Shown here piece by piece: positions 11,640 to 25,977 of a DNA stretch of 64,000 nt; the first letter of the stretch is position 1; the number at the start of each line of letters is the position of its first letter. Under the pieces are notes generated by a model that saw only the letters and a program-made list of their open reading frames with translations, was not told the origin of the DNA and ran no database searches. The stretch is from contig NC_068990.1 of NCBI RefSeq assembly GCF_001194135.2, positions 2,728,835-2,792,834 of the forward strand, given 5' to 3'. This DNA is from Octopus bimaculoides (Eukaryota). The position numbers and the translations under genes were made by a program.

Positions 11640-12620
11640 TAATACATAAATCAAACAGTTTTGGAAAACAAGTGAAAACAAGTGAAAATTTGACCTACCG
11701 GCGGGAGAAAAGAAATGAATGAAAAATAATGTTTGCCAAATAGGAAAGCTTGCTGCATAGAAATAAAAACTTGCTGTGAAGAATAATTGTTGAACATCCA
11801 AAAGGCTTGCGAGGTAATTAGCTGATATTCATATCATATGTTTATTCAGAGTAACCAAGACGATATATAACCGTGCTCCCTAAAATCTATAAAGTGTACA
11901 AAAGACCAAATACCCATGAACAACAGCGAAAAAGAATATTTCAAAGACGTATTTGCGATTACGTGCTGCTACTGAGCGAGTCCATGAAAACAGTTTTGAA
12001 CAATGGCTAATGCTGAACGGTTTAGCTTTACTCAATCGTACTGCAAGATCACAAGCTTGATTCGTTTCTTAAAACGGGGCATAAGACTGGGTCCTGCACA
12101 ATCCGGGCCCAAAACATGTAGAATTAAGGTGCACTGCTTATCCTAATTTAAATGTGAGAAGTTACATACGGATCCCAGAGATGCAACTATTACTAATATG
12201 CTTTTGAATGGAGATAACCAGATTATTACCAGAATTTTGCTCAACTGATGTATCTCAATACTGGAGATTCAGTTGTAATAATCTCAGTCACGCTTTTGAT
12301 TGTGGAGAAACAGCATTTGTATAGTCTTGTTTTCTCTTCAAAATGCTGTGAACAACATAGGTCTTTGTACATGATTTTCATTTACTACATTTGATTCTGT
12401 AAATAGTAACTCTCGCAAGGAAAAACTTTCAAAACTAGATTATCAGCAAAAACTGCATCGCAAGTTTGAATTACATGTTTTTGAGCAGGAGTTCTGCACA
12501 AAAACGTGCAATTCAAAGCGTTATCCAATTCTTCGACAACAGAACAATTTAAAGTGAGAAGAATAATGATGGAATATGTAGATTGCCCCGAGCTTCTTTA
12601 CTTCCATGAACTCACTTTAG
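11640..12620 (+). mobile_element. Highly decayed mariner-like transposase remnant
   Basis: Scattered motif traces in colinear order: RRICDYVLLLS, FL..G(D)KTWVLHNP-like (about 12065-12105) and FFDN...DGICRLPR (about 12530-12590), resembling the mariner C-terminus FFxSK...GIxKLPxRW. Confidence 0.4.
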
Positions 12621-13231
12621 CAAATGCCTATTAACTTCCAGCTCTTGTACCACACATATAAGTACCCCCAAAATCCTAGGAGACTCGATGTCAAAATAAA
12701 CCTTATAAATGCATTGCTAATTGAACTTCAGAATGCAGATGATCACACAGTTAGTGTGACATCAACAAGACAATACAGGATATTACATACATTTTCACTG
12801 ACATAGAAAGGGCAACAATAACTTAAGTTCAATAAAAATTCTGCATGAACAAGCCACTGGCAGGCATCAGCTTGGGATAACCATTCGCGGACCGAGATAA
12901 ATGATGGAACTTTATACAATAGTGCTAACAACATGGATGTTGTGACCAAGGTAAAATGCAGGTGCAAACTCTGTTCTGCGAAAGTGACAACATATATATC
13001 AAACGAGAATGTATGTAACTTTACTTTGGATGTGAGTTCAATAACACACGAGTATAGACTCGTGTGTCTAGACACGCTATGTATGCGCTGCCTCTGTCTG
13101 CTCACTGGACAGTAGCGTCTATGTAATGAGCTTATCAGTTTCCTATCACTGTCAATATATAACTTTCAAAGTATTACTGTCTGTGTCATATACACAAATA
13201 TATAGACACACATATATATACATATATGTAT

Positions 13232-13268
<37 letters not shown>

Positions 13269-13810
13269 NNNNNNNNNNNNNNNNNNNNNNNNNNNNNNNN
13301 NNNNNNNNNNNNNNNNNNNNNNNNNNNNNNNNNNNNNNNNNNNNNNNNNNNNNNNNNNNNNNNNNNNNNNNNNNNNNNNNNNNNNNNNNNNNNNNNNNNN
13401 NNNNNNNNNNNNNNNNNNNNNNNNNNNNNNNNNNNNNNNNNNNNNNNNNNNNNNNNNNNNNNNNNNNNNNNNNNNNNNNNNNNNNNNNNNNNNNNNNNNN
13501 NNNNNNNNNNNNNNNNNNNNNNNNNNNNNNNNNNNNNNNNNNNNNNNNNNNNNNNACTATGCAGCTGAGGAGTACATTTTCATTGTATATTCTGTGGTGT
13601 TCTCACTACATGAATAAATGAAGCTTGTACGAAACGTACGTACTGCTAAAACCTATTGAATTTTTGTTACTTAACTTCAAATTTTATTCACCAAATCTCT
13701 TGATTTTGTTTTTGGTTTTTATCCTACCAAATTCTGGTGCCTCAAGCATTTTAAGTACCACATTTAATCTTTTGATTAAATCTATATTATTATATATATA
13801 CATATATATA

Positions 13811-14020
13811 TATTAATAGTATTCGCCAAGCTAACGTGACAGTCCAGAGAATAAGGACAGATGCTGCTGTTAATTAACTCCGAGAGGCCATTGCCTCTAG
13901 CTATCTATGTCACACACAAATCTACGTCCATAACGCCTTCGAACACAGGAGGTGATCGACTTTCCCTTGCTGGTTCAATATCCACAGACCGATTTCGAGT
14001 TATTTGCCCCTTGTCAATAT
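13811..14020. repeat. ~210-bp interspersed/duplicated repeat, copy 1
   Basis: Aligns along its length with 14177-14386 (cgccaagcta..., ctccgagagg..gcctctagct, cgtccataac.ccttcgaaca, tcccttgctg.ttca, tatttgccc). Confidence 0.85.
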
Positions 14021-14176
14021 GCAGTTGCTAAACCTAGCAGGCGTTGCTGTTGACCACATTTGTTGATGGTTTATTCACATATATTCAGTGGTAGAACACA
14101 TTCACTGATTTATAAAAAATAGAAATATTATTTCTAAATCTTTCTAAAGGAGAGATACGGCAGCAGTACTGATTAT

Positions 14177-14386
14177 TATTAATATTTATCGCCAAGCTAA
14201 TGTGGCAGTCCAGAGAAATATGGCGAATGCTGTTGTGAATTAGCTCCGAGAGGTCATCGCCTCTAGCTAAATATGTTACGTACGAATCTGCGTCCATAAC
14301 ACCTTCGAACAGGGGAGGTCATCAACTATCCCTTGCTGATTCAGCACCCACAAATCGCTTTCGGGGTATTTGCCCTTTATCAATAT
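14177..14386. repeat. ~210-bp interspersed/duplicated repeat, copy 2
   Basis: Diverged direct copy of 13811-14020. Confidence 0.85.
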
Positions 14387-17300
14387 ATATATAGTATGCC
14401 GATTTGAGTGTATGCACATGTGTGTACCGATACTTGTATACGTACGAGTGTGTCTGTGAAACAACACCCCATCCTGTTGTAGGTATAAGGAAAGTCTGTG
14501 TAAATAGGATTTTGTGCGTGTCTGTAGATATTTAGACCCCACTTCCTTTCTTCTCATATAGTGAAATCGAATTGGACACGTACGTAAATTAAGCCCATGA
14601 TGTATTTGTAAGATACATGAAGATCTGTTGCAATTGACCTCATGGACTTTCTGGGATTGTAAGCAATAGTCTGTTGAACTTGCTGGATACATCTTTGAAA
14701 TTGGTGATACGTTTCCATCTTCAGTCCCTAAATCCTTACAAACTTTGTAGTTGAAAGATCTGTCAACTTTCAAAAATCGAAATATTTCTAAATCGCTATG
14801 CTCCGCCTCTATAACCACAATAACAGCAAGCCTCTTCATTTCTTGAATAAGCTGATGATCTTCTATTATTATTTTCTGAAACAAAGATTATAACTCTACT
14901 AACCTATATATATATATATATATATATANNNNNNNNNNNNNNNNNNNNNNNNNNNNNNNNNNNNNNNNNNNNNNNNNNNNNNNNNNNNNNNNNNNNNNNN
15001 NNNNNNNNNNNNNNNNNNNNNNNNNNNNNNNNNNNNNNNNNNNNNNNNNNNNNNNNNNNNNNNNNNNNNNNNNNNNNNNNNNNNNNNNNNNNNNNNNNNN
15101 NNNNNNNNNNNNNNNNNNNNNNNNNNNNNNNNNNNNNNNNNNNNNNNNNNNNNNNNNNNNNNNNNNNNNNNNNNNNNNNNNNNNNNNNNNNNNNNNNNNN
15201 NNNNNNNNNNNNNNNNNNNNNNNNNNNNNNNNNNNNNNNNNNNNNNNNNNNNNNNNNNNNNNNNNNNNNNNNNNNNNNNNNNNNNNNNNNNNNNNNNNNN
15301 NNNNNNNNNNNNNNNNNNNNNNNNNNNNNNNNNNNNNNNNNNNNNNNNNNNNNNNNNNNNNNNNNNNNNNNNNNNNNNNGTAGAGAAATTTGAAAAGACA
15401 ACACGAAACCGGTTATTTCTCAAAATACAATGTTTATATACCAAAAAGATTTTATAACGTTTTTCTGACATATTTTAAATACATACTTTAACCATGTAAC
15501 ACAAGCCTTCTGTAGTTTTTTCACTCTTATTATCTTTTATACATCCAACCACGTGCTTTCACATACCAACTTTCTCACCTATATATATATATATATATAT
15601 ATATAAATATCTATTTGGAAATAATTGTTGAAATTATTTCAAGATTATTTAAATATTTGCTTAGGATCAGGCTGTCATATATAAGATTTCTTTTTATCTT
15701 CATGTAAATAACCGTTTATTGATATATGTTCTCTATTGCTTAATATGTTAGTTGTTAAAGTATATGCACATCCACAAGTCTCACATAGGCAATTGATTCG
15801 ATCACAGCAACGATGTAAATGATAATAATTTTATCGAACCTAGAGGAAAGATCTGTAATTCGATGGTTTTGAAATTATGAAAATTATAAAGGAATGTGAG
15901 CAAACTAACTTCTGTAACACATTTAGTCGTCCGACGGTCTCCCGTCTCTGCCAAACTGTCACCTTTGAACTACCATAATAATGATAATAATTATCAATTG
16001 ATTTATATATGCTTCACTAGTTCAAAGCACCTGTCACTTTCTTACTAATCGATCAAATATTCTTTTTTAAGCTTTAATCTTTATATTACTTCAGGATATG
16101 GGAGATTGATTTCATATCATATATCGCAAAAGACAATATCAAATGGCTTACTATGTGTATGTGCGAGTATAAACATCACGCCTATATATTTACACACAAA
16201 ACCACGCATAAAATCGCACATATGTAGGTATGGATAGATATATGTATACACACACATTCACAGAGACAGAAACATACAGATGAACAGACATACCATCACA
16301 CACACACGCATACACTCACACACACTCACACACACTCACACACACATACAACCACATAAATATGATCATGTAGAAATATATATAAAAATATGAATGTGCG
16401 TTTGTCACTAAGTGTATATACGGTAATCGAGCATACTGAAAAACCTGTTCAAGCAAGGTGTGTACGGGCAATTTAAGAGGAGAGATAGCCAGTTTCAAAT
16501 GAATCTATTTACCGGACTATTTAACAAGAGAAAGAAAAAAATTAGAACATTACGCTTAAAATCATGAAGCCGTAAAACGATTTCCAAAATATACTCAAGC
16601 AGATGTAAAAGCATTCCAGATTAAATCATGAAATATAAAATGTGTTTCTTAGCCAAAATGACACAGTAATGTTTTTTTCTAAAAGCATTATTGTTCTTTA
16701 ATTTATGCTGAAGCATGAATTTTGCTTTGGAGTCAGTGACAATGTTATACAAGATGACGAACTTCTTAGAGTAAGTTGTATTCATGCAGATAACAGAGCC
16801 AGCAAACCATGTTGTATTTCTCATCATATATATTTTGCAAACACTGTCACATATGCACGCATTTTGCCTCTCTTCCTCTCTTCCTCCCCCCTCTCTCTCT
16901 TTCCGTCACTGCATGCATTCATGCATAAACATTCAAATTAACTAATGTTCGAGTAATCTGAACGAAAATCACTTTCCAATCTTTCACCCTACCATTAAAA
17001 TCGATATCGTTTATCTATTGATTGGAGAATATTTCTGATCATGGAACATCAAGCAGTTTGCTGATATTTATTGTTCTTTTTCCAGAGATAGATAAACAAA
17101 TATTTCAGCTTTTAATTTCTAATATATTATTTCCTTTGCATATAAGTAAAATCCCTTATGTTCACTGAATGAAATAAACCTTTAAATATTGCGGTTCCAT
17201 GCATTTCACATATCGCCAGTACATTCAAAATATTTTCAAGACAGATTTTGGAAGTTAACTGTTTCATAAACAATAGCTTATTGGCACTGATTTTGAACAA

Positions 17301-17663
17301 CGTTAAACATATTATGCGACATACATACATGAGAATAGCCAACGTTATGTTAATACCCTATAATTCGAAGTCCTACACTGCGTCTGAATTTAAATATTTA
17401 GTAAAATAATTTGAAGAAAGGTAACTTTTCTTTTGGAAACGATTAATTCGAAATATTCCAAATTATACAAAAAAATTCATTTCATAATAATGTATTTTAT
17501 GTCTGAATTTGAAGTACTGAAAGTACATGCGAAACGCTACGTAATCTGTAATGTCTAAGAGCATAAAATACAAGATGTTCGAAGATTGGACATTTATCAT
17601 TATGCAATCCCAAGTAGAATTTTAAGGATTTTCAAGAATAAGAATTTAAAAAATGTTTTCTTT

Positions 17664-18138
17664 TATTTGTTTCAGTGATTTCACTGCGGCCATGCTCCGG
17701 CCATGCTGAAGCACCGCATTCAGTGGAGCAAATCAATCCCCGAGGACTTATTCTTTGTAAGCCTAGTACTTATTCTATTGGTCTCTTGAGCGCAACCGCT
17801 AAGTCACAGAAATGTAAGCACACCAGCATCGGTTGTCAAGCGATGTTGGGGGGGGGGGACAAACACAGACACACAAACCTACACACACACACACACACGC
17901 ACACTCACGCACACACACAGACACACACGCACACTCACGCACACACACACACACACACACACGTATATAAATACGACGGTGTTCTTTCAGTTTCCGTCTA
18001 CCAAATCCACCTACAAAGCTTTGGTCGGCCTGAGGCTATAGTAGAAGACACTTGCCCAAGGTGCCACGCAATGGGAGTGAACCCGAGACCATGTGGTTAG
18101 TAAGCAAGCTACTTACCACACATCCACTCATGCGCCTA
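17664..18138 (-). mobile_element. tRNA-derived SINE, family A (full length, internal (TG)n)
   Basis: Minus strand: taggcgcatgagtggatgtgtggtaag (A-box-like), gggttcactccc (B-box-like), tggcaccttgggcaagtgtc (CORE-like), (TG)n, then the shared 3' module. Matches 57142-57530 and 32925-33316. Confidence 0.85.
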
Positions 18139-18664
18139 TAAATATTTACTTTCCTACAATTTCTATTTATTATGTACCATTGGTTTGTCTAATAACATTT
18201 CTAAACAAACTTATCTCGAGAATAAAACTATAATAGATATAATTCATAAGGCTTCAAGCTGCTAATGTTTTCCGTATATCTGAAGTAAAATATCACTTTC
18301 AACAACTTAATTTTCTATTCGTCCTAATGCATAGTAATGTAATGTAAACATAATCTAGTCTGAATTGGAAATGAATAGCATTATTTCTAGTACTAGAATT
18401 CAGAGTCCTGTTGAAATATAATTATATGGTGATAATATATGTATGAATATTACATCTAAAGACGATGAGAGGATAATACCATTGAAAGGTAGTACATTAT
18501 AAAATTAAAGCCATATTTTTGTTTTAATTTCTTCAACGGTTTCCGTATTTTCAAATTCTTCATTACAGATATAAAATTGCAAATTAGAAATTCAGCAAGT
18601 AAATAACTGTTACGTACTAATAAATGTAACTTGTTTAGAATTATTGAAGAATTCAGTAAAAGAA

Positions 18665-18765
18665 GTTGTACACAGGCGTAGAAATTTGCTGTCTGGTAAT
18701 AAGTTTACTTCCTGACTACATGGTCCTACTGCATGTAAATTGCGTGTCTTCGATCCCTGAGCCGA

Positions 18766-18801
<36 letters not shown>

Positions 18802-18935
18802 CGTAGTGTGCGTATGTGTGCATGTGTACTTTGTGTCTGTGTTTGTTCCCCCACAATGCTTGATATCCGGTGTCGGTTTGTTTACATCCGCTGTAATTTA
18901 GTGTTTCGGCAAAGAGGTCGATAGCGTATGTGCAG
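18665..18935 (+). mobile_element. SINE family A, deleted/degenerate copy
   Basis: caggcgtagaaatttgctgtctggtaataag head, gagccgacc, (TG)n, gtttgttcccccac...gtttacatcc..ggcaaagaggtcgatag. Confidence 0.65.
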
Positions 18936-20519
18936 TTAAATGGTTAAAATGATAAATGAAATATTCTAGCTGGGCATACGTGTACAATTCATTACTTTGT
19001 CTTTGTACAGTGTATCCATATCATATCCTCTTCTCGACCTAAAACTATTAAGCTTACTAAGCCTCATAAATCCGTGAGGGTTTAAAACGTTTACTACATT
19101 ATATTGACAGAGAAAGGGAGGGAAAGAGAGTGTGAGAGGGAAACAGATAAAGACAAAGAGAGGGAGACAGAGAGAGGGAGTTTTGGAGTAGCATTCATTA
19201 TAATTCTCTGCTACTTACAATGGTAACACGAAGCACAACAGTTTATCTTTTCACACAAAGATGAATTCTGTGAATAAGGAAATCCTGATTCGTGTGTCAA
19301 AATGTAACACAAGCTCATCCAATTGTTCAACGTACTTACTGTACATTTGGCAGATTTATAGGAGGTCAAATTATTGATATCTGGTTTTCGATGCTCTTGT
19401 TTATTTAAATCAGTAGATGAGTATCTGAACGGAATATATTACCGACTCAAATTTCTGAGAAAATACAGGCGGAAACAACCTCCGTCAAGATTTGTTGTCC
19501 ACACAATGACGGTTATAAGATGCAAGTAAGATGTTACTAAACTGTTTCTGGTATACCACTCATATGTATTATGATAGAAATTAATGATGTTCATTTTACT
19601 TGACACAATATTTGGTATGATACTTGACTTCTGGAAACAAGATTACAAAGTATAACAACATTTAATTTTTTCTTTGGTCAGTGAGTGTTATTTCATACTT
19701 GCCACTATCAAGATATCAAAGGAAATAAATACCATTCTTTTAAAACTGTGGTTTTTTGACATGGACGTCAATGCTTTCTGACTGACCTATTTTCCATTAT
19801 ATTTCATACAGATTTAGCGTTGAGCTGCTGAAACCGAAATATCGTTATAGCAAATATTCTATTCAATACCACAGATTTACATGTTAGTGGTTTGAACATG
19901 CCACTTAGTGGCTCAAAATATATGATAATGAGCAGGAGAAGTGGAAAGGCATCAATACCATGCGCTGAAAGGGATTATTTGGGGCTTGAATGAATGTAGC
20001 AAATGCAAAGTTTGAAGGAAATAGCCATTTTTCATACTTTCTAGGGGTAGCAATTAGGAGATAATAGTTGCTATCCAAGGAAAAAAATCATGTTACATAG
20101 TGTTTTTATTGAAACGGCTCTATAAATGAACTGAAATACATTAATAGTTCTTTTCACTGCGAGCCTAGTTCAAGACTCACTTGCGAGTTTCTACTATAGT
20201 TGATAAATTTTGGTAGAGATTCTAGGTCAATGAAATCGAAATCAGTATTCCAATTTTAATATGCCAATAAGTGGACATAGATATGACTTCAACACCAGTG
20301 AAATTTGATTCAAAGCACAAAGACGTATAGCATAAATTACAAATGATTATTTTTTTCGCCATTGTATCACCGAAATTTTCACCTACACCCACATTTTAAT
20401 TATATTGTTAAATAAGCGGGCGTTACCAAGGTTAATTATGGCAGAGAGACAAATCTCTGGGGAATTATACTGATGATAATTGTCATACTCACAGACATTT
20501 ATATACGTTTAAATTATTT

Positions 20520-20720
20520 TACTTGTGTCAGTCATTGGAGAAAGGCATTGCTGGAGGTCCGAAACGGAGGTTTGTAGAACAAATCGATCCCAGAAATTAT
20601 TTTTGATTTTTCTTATTCAGTCAGTATTTATATCTGAACTACTACGTTGCGGAGAAAACGGACATAAACAAACCAACACCAGTTGTGTAGCGGTGGGCTA
20701 AACATGAATACGCACATATA
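20520..20720 (-). mobile_element. SINE family A, degenerate 3' half
   Basis: tgtcagtcattgg...gctggagg...aaatcgatcccag...aacaccagttgt matches the family 3' half. Confidence 0.55.
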
Positions 20721-20730
20721 CATATGCTTG

Positions 20731-20775
<45 letters not shown>

Positions 20776-23700
20776 GCAAAGATATATATATATATNNNNN
20801 NNNNNNNNNNNNNNNNNNNNNNNNNNNNNNNNNNNNNNNNNNNNNNNNNNNNNNNNNNNNNNNNNNNNNNNNNNNNNNNNNNNNNNNNNNNNNNNNNNNN
20901 NNNNNNNNNNNNNNNNNNNNNNNNNNNNNNNNNNNNNNNNNNNNNNNNNNNNNNNNNNNNNNNNNNNNNNNNNNNNNNNNNNNNNNNNNNNNNNNNNNNN
21001 NNNNNNNNNNNNNNNNNNNNNNNNNNNNNNNNNNNNNNNNNNNNNNNNNNNNNNNNNNNNNNNNNNNNNNNNNNNNNNNNNNNNNNNNNNNNNNNNNNNN
21101 NNNNNNNNNNNNNNNNNNNNNNNNNNNNNNNNNNNNNNNNNNNNNNNNNNNNNNNNNNNNNNNNNNNNNNNNNNNNNNNNNNNNNNNNNNNNNNNNNNNN
21201 NNNNNNNNNNNNNNNNNNNNNNNNNNNNNNNNNNNNNNNNNNNNNNNNNNNNNNNNNNNNNNNNNNNNNNNNNNNNNNNNNNNNNNNNNNNNNNNNNNNN
21301 NNNNNNNNNNNNNNNNNNNNNNNNNNNNNNNNNNNNNNNNNNNNNNNNNNNNNNNNNNNNNNNNNNNNNNNNNNNNNNNNNNNNNNNNNNNNNNNNNNNN
21401 NNNNNNNNNNNNNNNNNNNNNNNNNNNNNNNNNNNNNNNNNNNNNNNNNNNNNNNNNNNNNNNNNNNNNNNNNNNNNNNNNNNNNNNNNNNNNNNNNNNN
21501 NNNNNNNNNNNNNNNNNNNNNNNNNNNNNNNNNNNNNNNNNNNNNNNNNNNNNNNNNNNNNNNNNNNNNNNNNNNNNNNNNNNNNNNNNNNNNNNNNNNN
21601 NNNNNNNNNNNNNNNNNNNNNNNNNNNNNNNNNNNNNNNNNNNNNNNNNNNNNNNNNNNNNNNNNNNNNNNNNNNNNNNNNNNNNNNNNNNNTAGATGAA
21701 ACATCCAGCCTACATACCAAGACATTCTTTAGAAAAATTACTGCACTTCAGATATCGTATGGGTGTGTATTAGGCTTTTTTTCCTTCTGAAGCTGAAGAA
21801 TATGTCAGAGTGAAGTGCATGCTTCGATGAAATTCACCCAACACACCCACCATAATTTGTGGATTTGTATCAATGGTCCAAATCTGAACTACGTTCATAG
21901 TGAACGGAGACACAGTTGTATTTGAGTTCTTTTTAAGCAATTTTACTTCGTTAATGTACCTAAGACAATGAAAAATGTCAAGGCTGTATAAGTTCGCTGC
22001 CTGCTAAAATTTTGTTGCGTCATATTGTAATTCACCACATTCATTTATATAATAATATAAGGGACGTGGAATACTAGAGAAATAGTGTAATGGCTTCATA
22101 CATCATGTTTCTATGCACCACTCCTGAATGAGATTGTCTTTTAATTTATTCTCCTTACGGCAAACATATATTTGACAGTGATAATGAGAGTCATTTTAAC
22201 TGAATATATTGCAATCATGTAAATATAATCTTCATTCCAGTAACAATGCACTAAATCTTTGTGAACTTTATTACAACACCGAAACCCAGTATCAATGATT
22301 TGACCAAGAATATATCTTCAAACAGATGAATAACCATTTCGAACACTGTTGCAAAATATTGTCCTCGGAGGAGAAAAACATTTAACGAATGAATTTAATT
22401 TTTCCATAAAACGCAGACTTTGGCACCACAATTATATATACAGTCAGTGTTGCCGTTTTTATATACTTATAAATAGATCCACTACTCCCAGGTATTTGAG
22501 TAGGAGGCGTCTTCCAGTTGATGTTGAACATGTTGATGCCGTCTAGAGACATGATTTGAAGATTAAATAATAAAATTTGTAAATATATCCCAATAGATGT
22601 CTTACTACTTCTATTTTATGTTAACATGAAATTATATTTTGATAATTTATAGCTTGAGAGATGACGAATTACTCTGTAAACTCACACAGGGTCTTCTTCT
22701 ATAGAAAAATCAATAGTGCTGTTAGTGTTCAAGCGTTGAGAAAAATTTAATATTAATGAATGAAATTATATTTCAATTATTCCTAAAAGTACAATTAACA
22801 ACTACGAATATGATTCAGTTTTAGTACATTTTCTAAACGAAGAAAAATCTTGAGTGCATTTCCCTAAGCAGAGATAAGAGGTTACAAATTAAATGTACAA
22901 CATTATACCGGAAAGGACATTAAAATTAGCATAATTAGGAGAATGAACTAGAAAACAAAATAACTCAAAGATAACATGTGCCTATAGTACACATTAATAT
23001 GACCAGTTATTGTCCAAATCTATAAAATCTTAATATATGTAAATTTAAGAGTAACATAATCTTTCATTTACGCAAAGTCTACGTTGTAAATGTACAAATG
23101 ATTCCCTTAGTTTACAATTCTCGATTAATATTACCTGTCATAGTTTGTCTATTGTATATAAAAAGAGCGAATTTTGACATTCTTATACTTAATCCAGTAA
23201 TATAAAATTCCATTACGTTAATATTTATATACATAACGACAAGAGCTGATAAACGAATATGTTATTCAACTCTTTTCTTGATAATTATGTATCATATTTA
23301 TTAATGAGCTTTCCGTGACTAACGTTACCAATATGAACTTCAATAAAATCTGACGAAAACATTTTCAATTCTCTTAGAAATTAAAAAAAATTGAAATGCG
23401 TAACCATCACAATGTATCTACTGCCCTCTCTTAAAGACTATAAGGGATTGTCACCAATTTGTGGAATCAAAGAATAATTTTGATATAAAATTCTCAAAAG
23501 TCCCTATATATTTATAGAAATAACATAATACAAAGTATACTGAAATAGCTGGTTCATAGTTCGTGATCACCAATAAACATTTTAACAAGGAACTCGATAT
23601 GTTTCCGGGATTGAGGACAGAAATGGAAAAGGATCTTATCTGATAGCTTTCTAGTTTTGTGCAAGTTACTATGCATAAATACAGTAGCCAGTGTACGCGC

Positions 23701-24861
23701 GTGAAAGGGTGCATATTTATTTGCATGTGATAGTAGGAATGGAATATTTTCGATGAGGAATAAAATATTCAGTGGATGTGATCCACTGCAATGAATTATT
23801 CTCATAAGACGTTTGACGTTTTGTTTAGTATACACAACCCAAAATAAGTCACAAAATCTTGCTTCAGCATGAATTAAAGTACAACGATACATTTAGAAAA
23901 AAACATTTGACCGTGAATTTGGTTTAAATAGGTACATATTTTTAAAATCATCATTATAATCCCGAACGTTCTTACAACTGATTCCTTTTGAATTTTTTTA
24001 GTCTTTTCAGAAACTGTTGGTTGTATTTCCTCTTAAACCGTCTTTGTTACGTTTTCTGTCTTTAATGAATATTTTTAAATATCAAGAATATTTTCAATGA
24101 AATAAAGAAAATTCTTTACCAAAATGTTTCGGGATTAATACTTTAGGAATGGGTTTTTAACCGTAATACATCATTCTAATAATTTATAAATAATTAATTT
24201 TTCATGTCGGCACTGTGTTAATGACATATTATAACACTCCACGAAAATAATTTTTACGGTTATAACGAAAAATTAATGCTCCCATATTATTGCATATTCG
24301 ATGAAATAAATTATTGTTTTAACACGTACATAATTTTAAAATAGTTTTCTATTAGATTTCTCTAAAATATCATGTTTACCAAAATTATATGAGAATGCTC
24401 CTTTATAGATTTTGAATTTATTGATAATTATAATATAATATCTTCTACATATATTTTGGAATTCAAAATACCGCGACTCTCGTGTAAAAATTGCATAAAG
24501 ATCAGTTGCAAAGAAAATGATAATTCGGATCTCTTTATATCACATTTTTAGTTCCAGTTTCCTAAAACGCCTAAATTTCAAACACGATTTCTTGTCTACT
24601 GCTGCAGGGAATAATATATATCTACACACAAATAAAAAAAACCTAACACACGTGCGTGCGCGCACACTCACACCCACGCGCACAACCACATACGCACACA
24701 CACAAACAAACAAAAACACTCACAGACATACACGAACACGCACACTCCCACACAAATACTCAAAAAGACCCATACACATCCATGTGTTTGTGTGTGTGTG
24801 CATATCTTTTATGTCTATACGTATGAATGTATCTGTATGTATATTTAAATAAATCTATAGA

Positions 24862-25109
24862 GAGATGGCGCATAAGAAGTAGATAGATGGATAGAGACTG
24901 ACAGTCAGAAGACAGTGACGAACTGACAAACAGAGAGAGAGAGAGGGAGGGAGAGAGAGAGAGAGCAATTCATATAACTTNNNNNNNNNNGAGATGGCGC
25001 ATAAGAAGTAGATAGATGGATAGAGGCTGACAGTCAGAAGACAGTGACGAACTGACAAACAGAGAGAGAGAGAGGGAGGGAGAGAGAGAGAGAGCAATTC
25101 ATATAACTT
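24862..25109. other. 119-bp direct duplication across a 10-N gap (probable assembly artefact)
   Basis: 24862-24980 and 24991-25109 are identical except for one a/g and flank exactly 10 Ns. Confidence 0.85.
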
Positions 25110-25520
25110 TTGACTAAACACCTGCTCTTGTATATGCGAGACATGGCAAGACATTTTTGAAGATGTTCTTGATCGCAAGTCTCTCCTCTCTACACCACTG
25201 ACTTTTATCTATGAGAAAGGTAATCGATTCGGGCAGTTCACAGCTTAGCCCAAATTTTATCGTTGGTCTTGCTGTCAGAACTCAAAAAAAGAAAGCCAAC
25301 ACAAGACATCTCGCTCGGTCTTCAGCACCTCTGCGAATTCATCGTACTTGCAATGGAGTTTGTATCAACTATCAAAACACGAAAGCAAATTTAACCTTGG
25401 TTTGAGTTGAGCTCGGTGAGCAGAGAATCATAAACTCGCTGAGGCAGGTGTATTTCCTTATCCGTTGGCCTTATATGCATAAGAATTGCATATTTGTGTT
25501 GTGTGAAAATAATTTGTAGA

Positions 25521-25672
25521 TAGCCGTTCTGAGATCAAATTCCGTCGAACTCGGCATTACCTTTCATCATTTGGAGGTCGATAAAATAAATAGTGGGTTC
25601 GGTGTAATCGACTATCCACCTTCCCCCCACAACTTCAGGCCTTGTGCTTACAGTAAAAAGGATTATTATTAT
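25521..25672 (+). mobile_element. SINE family B copy 1 of cluster
   Basis: gttctgagatcaaattcc (B-box-like), cctttcatc..ggaggtcgataaaata, ATT tail. Confidence 0.75.
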
Positions 25673-25777
25673 CAACTGCGAGGTCACCTCAGATGGAAGA
25701 GCGCTTTTTTGTATGTAAGTGGTACCCAGATCGATGCGTGAATTTTCCAGTAGTAAATACTTTTAAAGACGTCTGCC

Positions 25778-25968
25778 TTTTAACATTTCGTCTGCCGTCA
25801 CGTTCTGAGATCAAATCCCGCCGAGGTCGACTTTGCCTTTCATCCTTTCGGGGTCGATAAATTAAGTACCAGTTACACACTGGGGTCGATGTAATCGACT
25901 TAATCCGTTTGTCTGTCCTTGTTTGTCTACTCTATGCTTAGCCCCTTGTGGGCAATAAATAAATAAGA
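25778..25968 (+). mobile_element. SINE family B copy 2 of cluster (least diverged)
   Basis: cacgttctgagatcaaatcccgccgaggtcgactttgcctttcatcctttcggggtcgataaattaagtaccag...ctggggtcgatgtaatcgact, with an A-rich end. Confidence 0.85.
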
Positions 25969-25977
25969 ATCGATAGC

